Notes: generated by a model not told the origin, from the letters alone. A stretch of 64,000 nt of DNA from Alphaproteobacteria bacterium (GCA_964291215.2 OZ219790.1:256001-320000); one strand, 5' to 3'; counted from the first letter of the stretch, positions 41,383-52,742 are shown. Made by a program: numbers and translations.

Positions 41383-42245
41383 CGAGCGTCGCCGACGATG
41401 GCGGCTGGTTCACGGAGACCATCCACGAAGACTGCCAGCAGCGTCTCAGGAACACCCGCACCCTGTTCGAGTCCCGGACCTCCTTGCAGCACATCGTCAT
41501 CTTCGAGAACCCGCTCTTCGGCCGCGTGCTGGCTCTCGACGGCATTGTCCAGACCACCGAGCGCGACGAATACTGCTACCACGAGATGCTGGCCCATGTG
41601 CCGATACTCGCGCACGGCAGTGTCCGCAACGTAGCGATCATCGGTGGCGGCGATGGTGGTACCTTGCGCGAGGTCCTCAAGCATGATGCGGTCCAGACCG
41701 CCACGCTGGTCGAGATCGACGACAGGGTCGTCGACATCTGCCGGGAATACATGCCAAGCCTGAGCGACGGTGCATTCGACGACCCGCGAACGGAGCTCGT
41801 TATTGCTGACGGGCTGCGGTTCGTCGCGGAGACAGAGCGACATTTCGAGGTCATCATTATCGATTCCACGGACCCCGTGGGTCCGGCAGTCGAACTCTTT
41901 TCCGACGAATTTTACCGCAACTGCCGGCGGATCCTGACAGCAAACGGAATTATCGTCTGTCAGAGCGGCAACATCTTTCCTCAGCGGCAAGAAGCCTGCG
42001 ACACCTACCGGCGGTTGCGGGACATATTCGTCGATGCGTCGCTTTACGTCGTTGATGTCCCCACCTACAGCTTCGGTTACATGACCCTCGGCTGGGGCGC
42101 CAACAGCGCGCGGGCGCGAAACACCCCGATCGAGATCGTCCGCACCCGGTTCGAGGCCGCTTCCATCAGTACTCGCTATTATCATCCCGGAATACACCGG
42201 GCGTGTTTCGAGGTCCCAGTCTACATGAAAGAACTCAAGAACTGA
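41379..42245 (+). CDS. speE: Polyamine aminopropyltransferase (spermidine synthase)
   Basis: LDGIVQTTERDE..YHE, IIGGGDGG.LREV, IIDSTDP. Confidence 0.96.
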   Translation: MTSVADDGGWFTETIHEDCQQRLRNTRTLFESRTSLQHIVIFENPLFGRVLALDGIVQTTERDEYCYHEMLAHVPILAHGSVRNVAIIGGGDGGTLREVLKHDAVQTATLVEIDDRVVDICREYMPSLSDGAFDDPRTELVIADGLRFVAETERHFEVIIIDSTDPVGPAVELFSDEFYRNCRRILTANGIIVCQSGNIFPQRQEACDTYRRLRDIFVDASLYVVDVPTYSFGYMTLGWGANSARARNTPIEIVRTRFEAASISTRYYHPGIHRACFEVPVYMKELKN

Positions 42246-43274
42246 CACCCCTCAAGCCACGACGATCCCATGCTAATTCAGAGACGGGAAATCCGAATGC
42301 GTTGGGGCTCGGCTCATCACAGATCGCTTCCTTGATCGCAATTTTCGTGCCAAAAAGGCCCCATCGAGCCTCGGCGGCACGATTGCAGCGCGACGCAAAC
42401 TGAGAAAATCTCGCCAGTCGTCGCCGGATTAGCAGCGTGGGATCGCCGTGCCCCTCAAGCGGCAGCGGAATCTCCCTTTCATCTTTCCGGATTGGCCCGA
42501 AATTCCAGACCCCCGTTCCATAGTGAAGTGCAACACATGATGGGCTGTGGCCATGTGTTTTTAGACGCATGATGTTGCGGAGCGGTAGCGGCGAGAGTTC
42601 CTGTACAAGATGAAGGGAGCTTGTTCATGTCCAAAGGCTACCGTCACCTACGAAGAGCGATGCCAGATTGAGGCAGAAAAGCGGTCTTTCACAAGGTGCG
42701 ATTGCTCGGCAGCTGGGCCGTTCAACAATTTTCCGGGAGATCAAGGCGCAACACCGGGGGACGGGGTTACCGTCACAAGCAGGCGCAAAGGATGGCAGAA
42801 ACGCAGGGCAGCCTCGACTGTTTCCTGGCGGTTGACGCCTCGGGTTGAAGCTCAGAAAAAGCTGCGGGAGGGCCCCGAGCAGCGGCCGTTTTCGACTGGA
42901 GGGCCGTGGGTCGGCAACGGATCCATGATCGCCGAAGATCGGAGAGCCGGGGGCGTCTTGTGGAAGAAGCTTCGGCGGCGCGGCAAGAAGCCGAACTGGA
43001 AGGGCGGATGCCATTCCGGCCGGGTGGACATTTCCGAGCGCCCTGCGGAGGCAAAGGAACGGGTCGGCGACCGGGAGCCATCATCGGCAAAGCTCACAGT
43101 GGAGCTGTCGTGTCGCTCGTGCCACGAAATACGCCTTGCCGGGTGGACAGAAGACACGGTCGGTATGATCTGCCTGCTCGGCTCTGGTGCGCTATTGGTC
43201 CACACAATCACGTCAGACAACGGAGTTCGCAGACCACAGGCGTGTCGCACTTGACGCAGATTTCTTCTTCGCCT

Positions 43275-44768
43275 GTATCTACTCACCCCTTGTTGGGTTC
43301 TGATTCATAGTGCTCGTTGATGATGTCTGCGGCTTTTCCGTCGAGGGCGATCTGGGTGGCGACGAGTGGGTTGTAGCCGAGTGCGGCCATGGAGGTGAGG
43401 TAGCTTGAGCTCCGGCACCATGCTTTTGCGTGGAGCGGAAGCATCCGGACACCTTGACCTTTGCCATCCTGATCTTCTGTTCTCCGGCATTGTTGGTGAA
43501 GCTGACGTTGGGGTCGTCTGTGAAGCGCAGGTTTTCGTGTTTCACGAGACGTTCGTGCAGGTTGTGCGCGTCGGACTTGCGTCCACGTTTTCCTTTCGGC
43601 GGGATATCGGGCAGTTCCCTGGCGCCCTGATGGTGCGGTAGCGCTTGCGCCCGGCGTCGTTCAGGGTTTTGGATGCGCTCTTGTTGACCTTGTGGCAGAC
43701 CTCGCGGAGCAGGCTCTTCATCAGTCGCGCGGTAGCCTCGACGACGAAGGTCAGTTCGCGCAGCAGGTGGCTGCCGCACAGCTGGTGGCTACACTGGCCC
43801 ATGTACGAGGCCCAGGACGCCCTTGTAGCACGGGCCGATCTCTTGCCTCCCGGCCGCGCTTGCGGTGCGGGAACTTGCACGTCAGGGTCCCACGACATGG
43901 AGCCACTTACTGTTGATCCGAAATCGTCGACATCGGGCGTTGCAGGAGGTGCGCCACGGCGGCCTCCTCCCATGACGCATCGTGAAAGCATAGCTGAGGC
44001 CTCGGAGAGCTTGATGCCGGAGATCGCCTGCACGAACGCGACGGCGCAGGGACAGCATTTGGGCAACCAGCAGGTTGATGACGAGGGCCTGAATGCCGAT
44101 GCCGTACTGCACGGGATGTTGTCGGGGAACCGGCCCTTGCACTTCGGGCATTCCTTGATCTCGGCGCGGCGCTCGACGACCTCGAACACGATGTCGTGCG
44201 GCGCTCCCGATCGACGGGGCCGTCGATGTCGGCGCCGCAGGCGTCGCAGGCCGCGACCGTTTCCTCGACGATGGTCTTGCGCAGGTTGTCGCCCATCTGC
44301 CGGTTCGGCTTCGGGCCCTTGCTTCCGGCACGCTCTTGTCCGTCTGTGACGGCGGCAGACCGGAGTTCCGGCTCGTGCGTAGTCTTCTCCAGAAGGACGA
44401 CGATGAGGATGTCGAACAGGATGACGAAGACGCGGATCACGGCCTCTTCCGCCACCTTGCCGGCCGCACGCAGCGCCTTGGCCGCTTCGAACTCCTCGCG
44501 CGCCGCCCGTCGCCATCACCCGGCCTTGCGCTTCATCAGCGCGCCGCCTCCGAGATGCGTTTCCACATACAGATCATGCGGAGGCTGGAGCCCCGGAAGC
44601 AGCTGGCACAGCCCGCTCGTCGCCTTCGATCCAAAGTAGCCCACTGGCGGTCCCCGTCGTTCTCGATGACCACCACTAAGCGAATCGGCATGCAGTGTCA
44701 AATCTCCACGAAAACCCGTTCGTTACTCTACCCCGACATCAAGCCGGAACCAGGGGGTGAGCAGTTAC
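43275..44768 (-). mobile_element. IS66-family element (single transposase, degenerate)
   Basis: IRs GTATCTACTCACCCC / GGGGTGAGCAGTTAC; 8-bp target duplication CTTCGCCT; HQLCGSHLLREL, FTNNAGEQKIRMAKVK. Confidence 0.9.
44516..44644 (-). pseudogene. N-terminal fragment of a Dam-like DNA adenine methyltransferase inside IS66
   Basis: (M)GYFGSK...PPHDLYVETHLGGGALM resembles the YxGxK and ExFxGxG SAM-binding motifs. Confidence 0.65.
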
Positions 44769-45329
44769 CTTCGCCTTTCCATTCCCGGGAGCGCGGCTTG
44801 AATGAGCACACCAACGGCCTGGTGCGGGAGTACTTCCCGAAGGGCACGGACTTTCGCGCGACATGCAACGAAGATGTTCAGAAGGTGCAGGCTCGGCTCA
44901 ACACTCGGAAAGTCCCGGGATCGCCGACGGAGGTAATCTTGAAGTGAAACCGACCTGACCATCTGCGCCATGTTCCGCAGCCGCAAAGTGCAGCAGGGTC
45001 CATGCCGCGCGACGACGAATTAGTGGCTTGAAGCCGACAAAGGCGTTGCATAAGCTCGATGTTGAAGGAACTGAAGCTGTTCCCAGGCGGAATCGAGAGG
45101 GGCAGAGGGGGAAAACTTGTGCAACATCCGGCCCTCATCTCCGTTCGGGCTACGCCCTCACTGCGATGAGGGCCGGATGTTGCACTTCAGACTGGAAGTG
45201 GGGAGTCATACGCCCACTCCAGCGGAGTGTTACGGATAAACAGGAAGCGTGAGGTGCTGACTGGCGTCGTGCCCACGCGCCGGTCAACAGTATGCAGGCG
45301 CCATCAAAATTCTGTCGCGTCGCGCATAG

Positions 45330-46415
45330 TTACTCGCGCTCGGCCAGAAGCGACAGGAGCGGCGGGTTGATGTAGAGGTTCTCGCGCCCCGCCTTGATCT
45401 CTTTGAGGAGGCCTTCGGCCGTAAGGGCTTTCAGGTAGGCAGCGGCCGTCTGGCGCTTGGCGATATCCGCTCTGACCACGTCACCAATCCGGCAGTAGGG
45501 ATGCACGAAGATCAGTTCCGCCAGTTCCCGGGAGTAGATCTTCGGCATCCTCTGTCGAATTGTGACCCCCGTCTCGTCGAGGAGCTCACGAATCGCATGG
45601 ATTTTCGCCGTGGTCCATTCGGCTGTCGTTTTGACAGCATCGAGAACGAACAGTATCCATACCTCCCAGTTCTGTTGGGTTGTCACCTCGAACAGATATC
45701 GGTAGTAGAGCACCTTGTTCTGGATGATGTGCCGGCTGAGATAAAGGACGGGAACGTCGAGCAGGCCCTTGTCGACGAGATAGAGCAGGTTCAGTACGCG
45801 CCCGGTCCGGCCGTTTCCGTCGACGAACGGATGGATCGCCTCGAACTGATAATGCATGACCGCAAGGCGGATCAGCGGGTCGATCTCCTCAGCCTCGTGA
45901 ATGTAACGCTCCCAATTGGCCAGCTTGCTCCGGAGAACATCCTCTCCCTCCGGCGGCGTGTAGATGATCTCGCCGGCCGCATCGTTCACCAACGCCGTTC
46001 CCGGCGTGGTGCGAATGTCGAGTTCCACCCCTTTGATCGTTCGACAGACCTCGACAGCCATGGCGGTCGCAACCGGCCGCTGGCCCAGCATCTCGAAACC
46101 ACGGTGCAGGGCAGTGCGGTAGCGCAGTGCCTCCTTGGTGGCAGGGTCGGCTCGACCAGCCGGGTCGTTGGCATAACGGAACAGCCGGTCAGTCGTCGTG
46201 ACGATGTTCTCGATCTCGGAACTCGCCTGGGCTTCGAGCAGGGGGATCGAATTGATCAGCATCGCCTGATTCGGAATGAGCTCCCCGGAAACGCGGAGCT
46301 CGGCCAATGCCGCACGCGCGGCAATGCAACTCCGAAGAATGGCCTTGGTCTCGGTTTCCGAGGCCGGCGGCAAGTCCGGAAGGTCATTGAAAGGACGGCC
46401 GGGGTCGAAGGTCAT
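45330..46415 (-). CDS. Fic/DOC AMP transferase (SoFic type, C-terminal wHTH)
   Basis: ASSEIENI inhibitory helix; HPFVDGNGRTGR. Confidence 0.93.
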   Translation of the reverse strand: MTFDPGRPFNDLPDLPPASETETKAILRSCIAARAALAELRVSGELIPNQAMLINSIPLLEAQASSEIENIVTTTDRLFRYANDPAGRADPATKEALRYRTALHRGFEMLGQRPVATAMAVEVCRTIKGVELDIRTTPGTALVNDAAGEIIYTPPEGEDVLRSKLANWERYIHEAEEIDPLIRLAVMHYQFEAIHPFVDGNGRTGRVLNLLYLVDKGLLDVPVLYLSRHIIQNKVLYYRYLFEVTTQQNWEVWILFVLDAVKTTAEWTTAKIHAIRELLDETGVTIRQRMPKIYSRELAELIFVHPYCRIGDVVRADIAKRQTAAAYLKALTAEGLLKEIKAGRENLYINPPLLSLLAERE

Positions 46416-46516
46416 GTCGATGTATCCTGACTCTTTCGACGCGTGTTCCGAACATGTCGATCTCATCGACGTTTCACTCAAACATGTCGATACAGATAGA
46501 ATATATCGACATGTTT
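46413..46516. repeat. Array of ACATGTCGAT/ATCGACATGT half-sites upstream of fic
   Basis: Half-sites at about 46413, 46436, 46451, 46465, 46481 and 46505. Confidence 0.75.
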
Positions 46517-46682
46517 GGTCGTGGCAAGCAGGTGAGCCAGTAATGTGGACCGCTGTCAATCAGGTATCTCGCACCCTGTCAATAGCAGACGACAAGCTAC
46601 GGACTCACGCATACCTCTTGTAGATCAAAGGGTTGCGGCAGATCAGATTGGGATTTGGATCAAATATCGGTCTCGGTGGTTG

Positions 46683-46698
46683 CCTGCCCCCGCAACCA
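46683..46698 (+). other. att-site remnant matching the 3' end of tRNA-fMet
   Basis: CCTGCCCCCGCAACCA with no tRNA body; minus strand reads VVAGAGNHRDRYLIQIPI*. Confidence 0.6.
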
Positions 46699-46770
46699 CT
46701 TCTGTTATAACTTCATAGAATGTGAGATATAACAATCACTTAGGCTGCCACGAGGCGGCCTTAGCTGTTT

Positions 46771-47799
46771 GTAAGCGTTTGTTCATGCGGTGATGACGAT
46801 CTGCGCTGAGGTTTGTTTTGGTGATTCGGAGAAGGGGGCTGATAAATTTTTTTGGCGGTGCCATCAGGTCGTGCATGGTCATGTGCATCGAGGATTTCGT
46901 GTCATCATCGGGTGCGGACGCCGCTGGCGACGTGCCGCAGTCGTCGTGTCGTGATTCGGTCACCTGGAAGTCCCTGTACGATCGCGAGCGTATTCGGGCC
47001 GAGGCGGCGGAGGGTCTCTGTGAGGAGCTGCGCTTGCAGGAGGTGGAGGAGCGCAGCCGCACGAATTCCCTGAAGGCGATTTTCGAGAGCAATCGCGAGA
47101 AGCTGTCAGCTGCCCGTGCGGAGGTCAGGGAAGTTCGGCGGACGGCGAAGCAGTCTCTTGCGCTGAAGCAGGAGGTTGCACGTCCGGGCCAGCTTCTTGC
47201 CGAGGCCGGCGCGCGGAAGCGGTCGACGGTGGTATCACTGCGCATGGAGAATGCTGGCCTGAAGACCGCGATGAAGATTCTGAAGGGTCGGGGCGGAGAA
47301 CGACAAGCTTCGTTCGAACAGGTCGTACGGGCGCAAGAGCGAGAAGAGGCAGCGGGCGCCATCGAGGCGCGGCCAGCAGTGCGGCACTCCTGGCCGCGGC
47401 CGGCGCTCGAGGAGGTGGAGGAGCGGCTGGAGGTGGCGGAGGACGCCTGCTCGTGCTGCGTTGCCAACGGTTCGCACCAGGATCATCGAGATCAAAAGCG
47501 GCGGATTGTCCGCCCACGCCGGGGCTGTGACTGCCCCGGTTCACCGAGCAAGGTGGCGGCGCGGGATTACACCAAGCACCGGAACGATTCTGCCAGGACT
47601 TTCTCACGCTGCATTCAATCTTGTCGACTGCTGATGAAGGGAGGTTGCACAGAGCCAACCCTGCCTGATTTTCTGGCCGCGGGGCCGTCCACGGATCGCC
47701 GCAGCCGGAAAACCTGGCAAGAATGCGGAACTTTGTGCTCCGTTCAGTGGTCATTCAAAACATCAACCACAGCTTGGGAAAGTCCTACTGAGCAGTTAC
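46771..47799 (+). mobile_element. IS66-family remnant or hybrid
   Basis: Starts GTAAGCG and ends GAGCAGTTAC; TnpC-like coiled coil followed by EEVEERLEVAEDACSCC. Confidence 0.65.
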
Positions 47800-47807
47800 C
47801 CATATTT

Positions 47808-49395
47808 GTAACTGCTCACCCCCTGGTTCCGGCTTGATGTCGGGGTAGAGTAACGAACGGGTTTTCGTGGAGATTTGACACTGCAGGCCGATTCGTTTAG
47901 TGGTGGTCATCGAGAACGACGGGGACCGCCAATGGGCTACTTTGGTCGAAGGGTACTGTAACTTGATGTCTGGAAATTTGTCTGAGGTTTGCGCTTTGAG
48001 GCGTTTCACTGGGGGGCTAGCCCCCCCCCCCAGTGAAACGCGGCGCCATCGTACTATCCCATGGAGTTGTAAAACATTCATGGAGGAAGCGAATGGACCT
48101 GCGACACACTACGACGATTGAGGCCGTTTTGGAACATCTGATCGCAAACGGAGCAACGGATCTGGGGCGGATCTTTGGTCAGTTCTTCGAGCTTGCGATG
48201 CAAATCGAGCGCGAGCAGTACTTGAAAGCGGGCCACCGGACACCGGAGCGACAGGGCTATGCCAACGGCTACAAGCGGATCGACACCCCCACTGTTGCCG
48301 TTCAGGTGCCAAAGACAGCCGGTCACGGGGACGACCCCCCCAGTCGCTTGAACGCGGCCAGCGATCTTCTCGCGCCGTAGCCGAGATGTACATCAAGGGT
48401 GTTTCCACACGGCAGGATGTAATGCGCGAGTTCGGGAGCCTGTCCTCTTCTCAGGGGGCCACCAGGTTGCTCGATGAAGAACTCGCCGCGCAACCGGCCC
48501 CTGATGAAATACCTGGATGCGCGCTACGAAAAAGCCCGCCATGACGGCGTTGTGCGCGATGTCGCAGTGCTCTCGGCCATCGGAATAGGGGCTGCAGGCA
48601 CGTTCTGGGGCTCTCTGTGGCGCTCTCCGAGGCCGAGGTCCATTGGAGAGCCTTCCTGGAAAGCTTGCTAGCCCTGCATGGTACGACCTTCATCGTCTCG
48701 GATGCCGGGCTGAAAGCGGCACGGTGCTGGGCGCGGCGACATGGCAGCGCTGCCAGTTCCACCTGGCACAAAACGCCGTGCACCGAACAACGACATCAGG
48801 AAACGTATTGGAAAACAGCTCGGAGCCATGCGTCCTCACTCCAAACCGCCGAGGCTGAACTGGGCGCCCTCGTGGCCAGCGACAAGCATCCAAGCTTCCT
48901 GGCTGGAAAAGAATGCGGGGCTCGCTGTCTTCACCTTGCCCGATGCTCACCACAAGCGTATGCGAACCTCGAACGGCATCGAGCGACCGATCCAGCAAGA
49001 GCTCAAGCGGCGCACCTACAAAGTCAGGGTCTTTCCGAACCTCGCCTCGTTGGAGCGCCTCTCAACCGCAGTCCTCATCGACGAAAAATGGGAAACCGAA
49101 ACCAAGATCAAATGGGAACAGCTCGATGACTGAGAGCTTCACGACAATTTCCAGACATCAGGTTGCGTAATCAACAATGCCGGAGAACAGAAGATCAGGA
49201 TGGCAAAGGTCAAGGTGTCCGGATGCTTCCGCTCCACGCAAAAGCATGGTGCCGGGGCTCAAGCTACCTCACCTCCATGGCCGCACTCGGCTACAACCCA
49301 CTCGTTGCCACCCAGATCGCCCTCGACGGAAAAGCCGCAGATATCATCAACGAGCACTACGGCCAATCAGAACCCAACTAGGGGTGAGTAGATAC
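47808..49395 (+). mobile_element. Second copy of the 43275-44768 IS66, with its interior replaced by IS256
   Basis: Ends match the first copy (inverted); 8-bp target duplication CCATATTT. Confidence 0.88.
47952..49172 (+). mobile_element. IS256-family element copy 3 (degenerate, empty palindrome)
   Basis: Same IRs and transposase fragments. Confidence 0.9.
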
Positions 49396-49639
49396 CCATA
49401 TTTTACATTTCAAGGAAAATATGATTGCATTCCAAAGAGATCAAGCAAAAGGTCGGGCAGCGGGCGCGGGCGGTGCCACGACCCGCGCCATGGCAATCAA
49501 AGTGCCCGACACGGCCGAGGGGAGGGAGTGTATTGGACCTGCCAGTCTGTACGCCGGACCGCCCGACGAGCGACGCTTGGAGCAGTGTCCGGCCATCAGC
49601 ATCTTCCGGCGAGCGGCGCGAGCGGATTTCTTCGTCGGA

Positions 49640-49844
49640 CCCGGCCCGCATCTTCGACGAGCAACGACTGATCCGCATCGGCCTGCTGTTACCGCTGAGC
49701 GGATCGAGCGAATTGCATGGCCCGTCCGGCCGCTCTTGCGCCCAGCTGGCTGCGGAGGAAATCAACGCCCTCGGCGGCATGCTGGGTCGGCGCATCCAGC
49801 AATCGTTTCTGCAGTTCGCCCCAAACAAAGACAATCCCAAATGA
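49640..49844 (+). pseudogene. N-terminal fragment of an AmiC-like ligand-binding domain
   Basis: IRIGLLLPLSGSSELHGPSGRSCAQLAAEEINALGGMLGRRI, then truncated. Confidence 0.6.
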
Positions 49845-51256
49845 GCAATCCTTCCGACTGGACTGCATCGGAGGCGCTGCGCGAGATCGGCGCCCGGCGC
49901 ATTTCGCCGCGCGAATATGCCGAAGCCCTGCTGGCCCAATGCGACGCTGCGGCCGGGCTGAACGCTTTCATCCATCTCGATCCCGAAAGGGTGCTCGCCG
50001 CCGCCGACCGGGTGACTGCGGGCGACTGCAGCCGGCTGCGCGGGCTGCCGGTCCCGGTAAAGGATAATTTCGATACCGCCGATATGCTGACGACCGGCGG
50101 CACGCCGGGGCTGCGCGACCACCGGCCGGCGCACAACGCGCCCGTTGTCCAGCGATTGGTCGACGAGGGCGCCATTGTCATGGGCAAGCTCAACATGCAT
50201 GAGCTGGCCTTCGGCATTACCTCGAACAACAGCGCTTTCGGTCCGGTGCGCAACCCCTACGATTCGAACCGGATTCCCGGCGGCAGCAGTGGCGGTTCAG
50301 GCGTCGCGGTCGCAGCGCGAATGGCGCCGGTTGCGATGGGCTCGGACACCGGCGGTTCGGTGCGCATCCCGGCCGCCCTTTGCGGCGTGGCGGGCCTGCG
50401 CCCGACGACAGGGCGATACAGCCAAGACGGCATCGTGCCGATCTCCCACACCCGCGATACGGCCGGCCCGCTGGCCCGATCAGTCGAAGATCTCGCGTTG
50501 TTCGACAGCATCATAACTGGTGCGCCGGACAATCTGCCGGCCGTTTCTCTCGAAGGGGTGCGGATCGGTATACCCCGCGGTCACTTTTTCGAGAACCTGC
50601 ACCCCGAAACCGCCCGCGTGGCCGAACAAGCGCTGACCGCTCTCGCCGCGGCCGGCGCCGTGCCGGTCGAAGCGGACATGCCGGATGTACCGAAGCTGGA
50701 CGAGGCCGCAGGCTTCCCGATCGCACTTTACGAAACCGGCGTCGATCTGAACCGCTACCTGTCGGGCCACGGGCTGCCGATCGACTACGCCGCCTTGGTA
50801 GGCGCCGCAGCCAGCCCGGACGTCGCCGGCCTGTTGCAGAGCCTGACGACGGCGGAGGGCGCGATCCCGGAGGCAGTCTACCGCGAGGCGCTCGCCACGA
50901 CGCGCCCGGCACTCCAGGCAGCCTATGCCGACTGGTTCACGACGAACGACGTTCTGGCGGCGATCTTCCCCACGACGCCTTTGCCCGCCGCGCGGATCGG
51001 CGAGGACGAGACCGTCGAACTGAACGGCGAGTTGGTGCCGACTTTCGTCACCTTCATCCGTAACACTAGCCCGTCGAGCGTCGCCGGCCTCCCCGGCGTC
51101 ACCCTGCCGGCCGGCCTGTCCGCTGATGGCCTTCCCATCGGCATGGAACTCGACGGCCCGGCCGGCAGCGACCGCGCCTTGCTGGCGCTCAGCGCCGCGG
51201 TCGAACAAATCCTGCCAGTTACCCCGGCTCCGACTTCAAGCGAGGCCGGCGAATGA
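49841..51256 (+). CDS. Amidase-signature enzyme (indoleacetamide hydrolase-like)
   Basis: PVKDN, GGSSGGS, GSDTGGSVRIPA. Confidence 0.92.
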   Translation: MSNPSDWTASEALREIGARRISPREYAEALLAQCDAAAGLNAFIHLDPERVLAAADRVTAGDCSRLRGLPVPVKDNFDTADMLTTGGTPGLRDHRPAHNAPVVQRLVDEGAIVMGKLNMHELAFGITSNNSAFGPVRNPYDSNRIPGGSSGGSGVAVAARMAPVAMGSDTGGSVRIPAALCGVAGLRPTTGRYSQDGIVPISHTRDTAGPLARSVEDLALFDSIITGAPDNLPAVSLEGVRIGIPRGHFFENLHPETARVAEQALTALAAAGAVPVEADMPDVPKLDEAAGFPIALYETGVDLNRYLSGHGLPIDYAALVGAAASPDVAGLLQSLTTAEGAIPEAVYREALATTRPALQAAYADWFTTNDVLAAIFPTTPLPAARIGEDETVELNGELVPTFVTFIRNTSPSSVAGLPGVTLPAGLSADGLPIGMELDGPAGSDRALLALSAAVEQILPVTPAPTSSEAGE

Positions 51257-51305
51257 ACCGCCGGCCTCCAAAGGTCGGTAGGCCTTTCAACAGGGAGTGA
51301 ATGTC

Positions 51306-52493
51306 ATGACCAAAATGTCCAATCCGATCTCGCGCCGCCATTTCGTCGCCGGCGCTGTGGGGACAGGCGCGGCCGTCGCCGCGCCGGCCGTCCTGACCGG
51401 CGCGCGAGCCTCCGGGGAATTCAAAATGGCCACTTTCCTGGCATTGAGCGGTCCGGCCTCGCTGTTCGGGCCGACGCAGACCGCATGCGCCAAGCTGGCC
51501 GTCGATCAGATCAACGCAACCGGTGGCATCGGCGGCCGCAAGGTAACGGTCATCCCGACCGATGGCGGCGCAACCCCGGCCGAAGCCGCCAAGGCGGCGA
51601 TCCGGCTGATGCTGCGCGACAAGGTCGATTTCGTGCTCGGTTCTCACGATAGTGCGGTGCGCGAGGCGATCGTCGCGGCGCTCAGGGGGCGGGTGCCCTA
51701 CGTCTACACACCGCTCTACGAAGGCGGGGAATGCAACCTCAACGTCTATGTGACGGCGGACACGCCCCAGCAGCAGGTCCAGCCTTCGATCTCGTGGCTG
51801 GCGAAAACCCTAGGCGCGAAGACCTACTACCTGATCGGCAACGACTATGTCTGGCCGCACAAGACCAACGAGCAGGCGAAGAAATATATCGCGGCGGCCG
51901 GCGGCAAGGTAGTCGGCGAGGAATATCTCCCGCTCGGTGCGCCAAACAAGTTCGAAGACGCGGTGACACGGATCAAGGCGAAGAAGCCCGACCTCGTGGT
52001 CATCACCCTAGTCGGCGGCGATAACGTCAATTTCAACCGGACCTTCGCCGGCTTCGGCCTCGACAAGTCGATCAAACGCGTCTCCTACCTGCTGGAGGAG
52101 CTGACCCTGTTCGGCATCGGTGCCGAGAACAGCGCCGGCCTGTACAGTGCGATGTCCTATTTCGTGAGCGAGAAAAGCGGGGCTAACGCCAAGTTCACGG
52201 CTAGCTTCGCCAAGGCCTTCGCACCCAAGCCGCCGCCGCTCAGCATGCTCGGCGCAGACGTCTATTCCGGCGTCTACTGCGCCAAGGCACTGGTCGACAA
52301 GGCGGGCGGAGCGACAGATGCCGGCAAGCTCATGGCGGCGGCCAACAACCTCAGCTACAAGACCGCCACCGGCACGGCCGTGATGACCAACCGGCATGTC
52401 GTCAAGGATATGTACCTTGCCGAATGCAAAGGCACGAGCTTCAACATCGTCGAGAGTTTCAAGGCGGTGGCGCACGGCCAAACCTGCAGCTGA
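51306..52493 (+). CDS. Amide/urea ABC substrate-binding protein (AmiC/UrtA-like, Tat signal)
   Basis: SRRHFV Tat motif, YTPLYEGGE, LIGNDYVWP. Confidence 0.88.
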   Translation: MTKMSNPISRRHFVAGAVGTGAAVAAPAVLTGARASGEFKMATFLALSGPASLFGPTQTACAKLAVDQINATGGIGGRKVTVIPTDGGATPAEAAKAAIRLMLRDKVDFVLGSHDSAVREAIVAALRGRVPYVYTPLYEGGECNLNVYVTADTPQQQVQPSISWLAKTLGAKTYYLIGNDYVWPHKTNEQAKKYIAAAGGKVVGEEYLPLGAPNKFEDAVTRIKAKKPDLVVITLVGGDNVNFNRTFAGFGLDKSIKRVSYLLEELTLFGIGAENSAGLYSAMSYFVSEKSGANAKFTASFAKAFAPKPPPLSMLGADVYSGVYCAKALVDKAGGATDAGKLMAAANNLSYKTATGTAVMTNRHVVKDMYLAECKGTSFNIVESFKAVAHGQTCS

Positions 52494-52742
52494 TCGCGGT
52501 TCCGTCCCGAACTCCGGCAGCCGGCACTGACTGCCGGCGCCGCCGGTCGCCTTAGAGACGTCATCGCCCGAAAGGCTGGCGCCATCCGCGTATCCGGCCG
52601 TTCCGCCGCGACCAACTCATGACAAGGCCGGTCCCGATGCGGTAAGGGATGTCAGGCAGGCATGTCGTCGGTTCATCGGTATGCCCGACCCGGAGTTGCC
52701 GGGACGACGACGATAGCGCCCTAGCGTTGGAGGTCTTTTAAC

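Larger units (their letters stand above)
42510..45203 (+). mobile_element. IS30-family element (degenerate), interrupted by IS66
   Basis: IRs TTCCATAGTGAAGTGCAACA / TGTTGCACTTCAGACTGGAA; TITSDNG and HSRERGLNEHTNGLVREYFPKGTDF. Confidence 0.85.

Noticed and set aside
49421-49840. 140-aa N-terminal extension on the amidase
   Set aside because: It overlaps an AmiC-like fragment in another frame; amidase similarity begins at ATG 49841.
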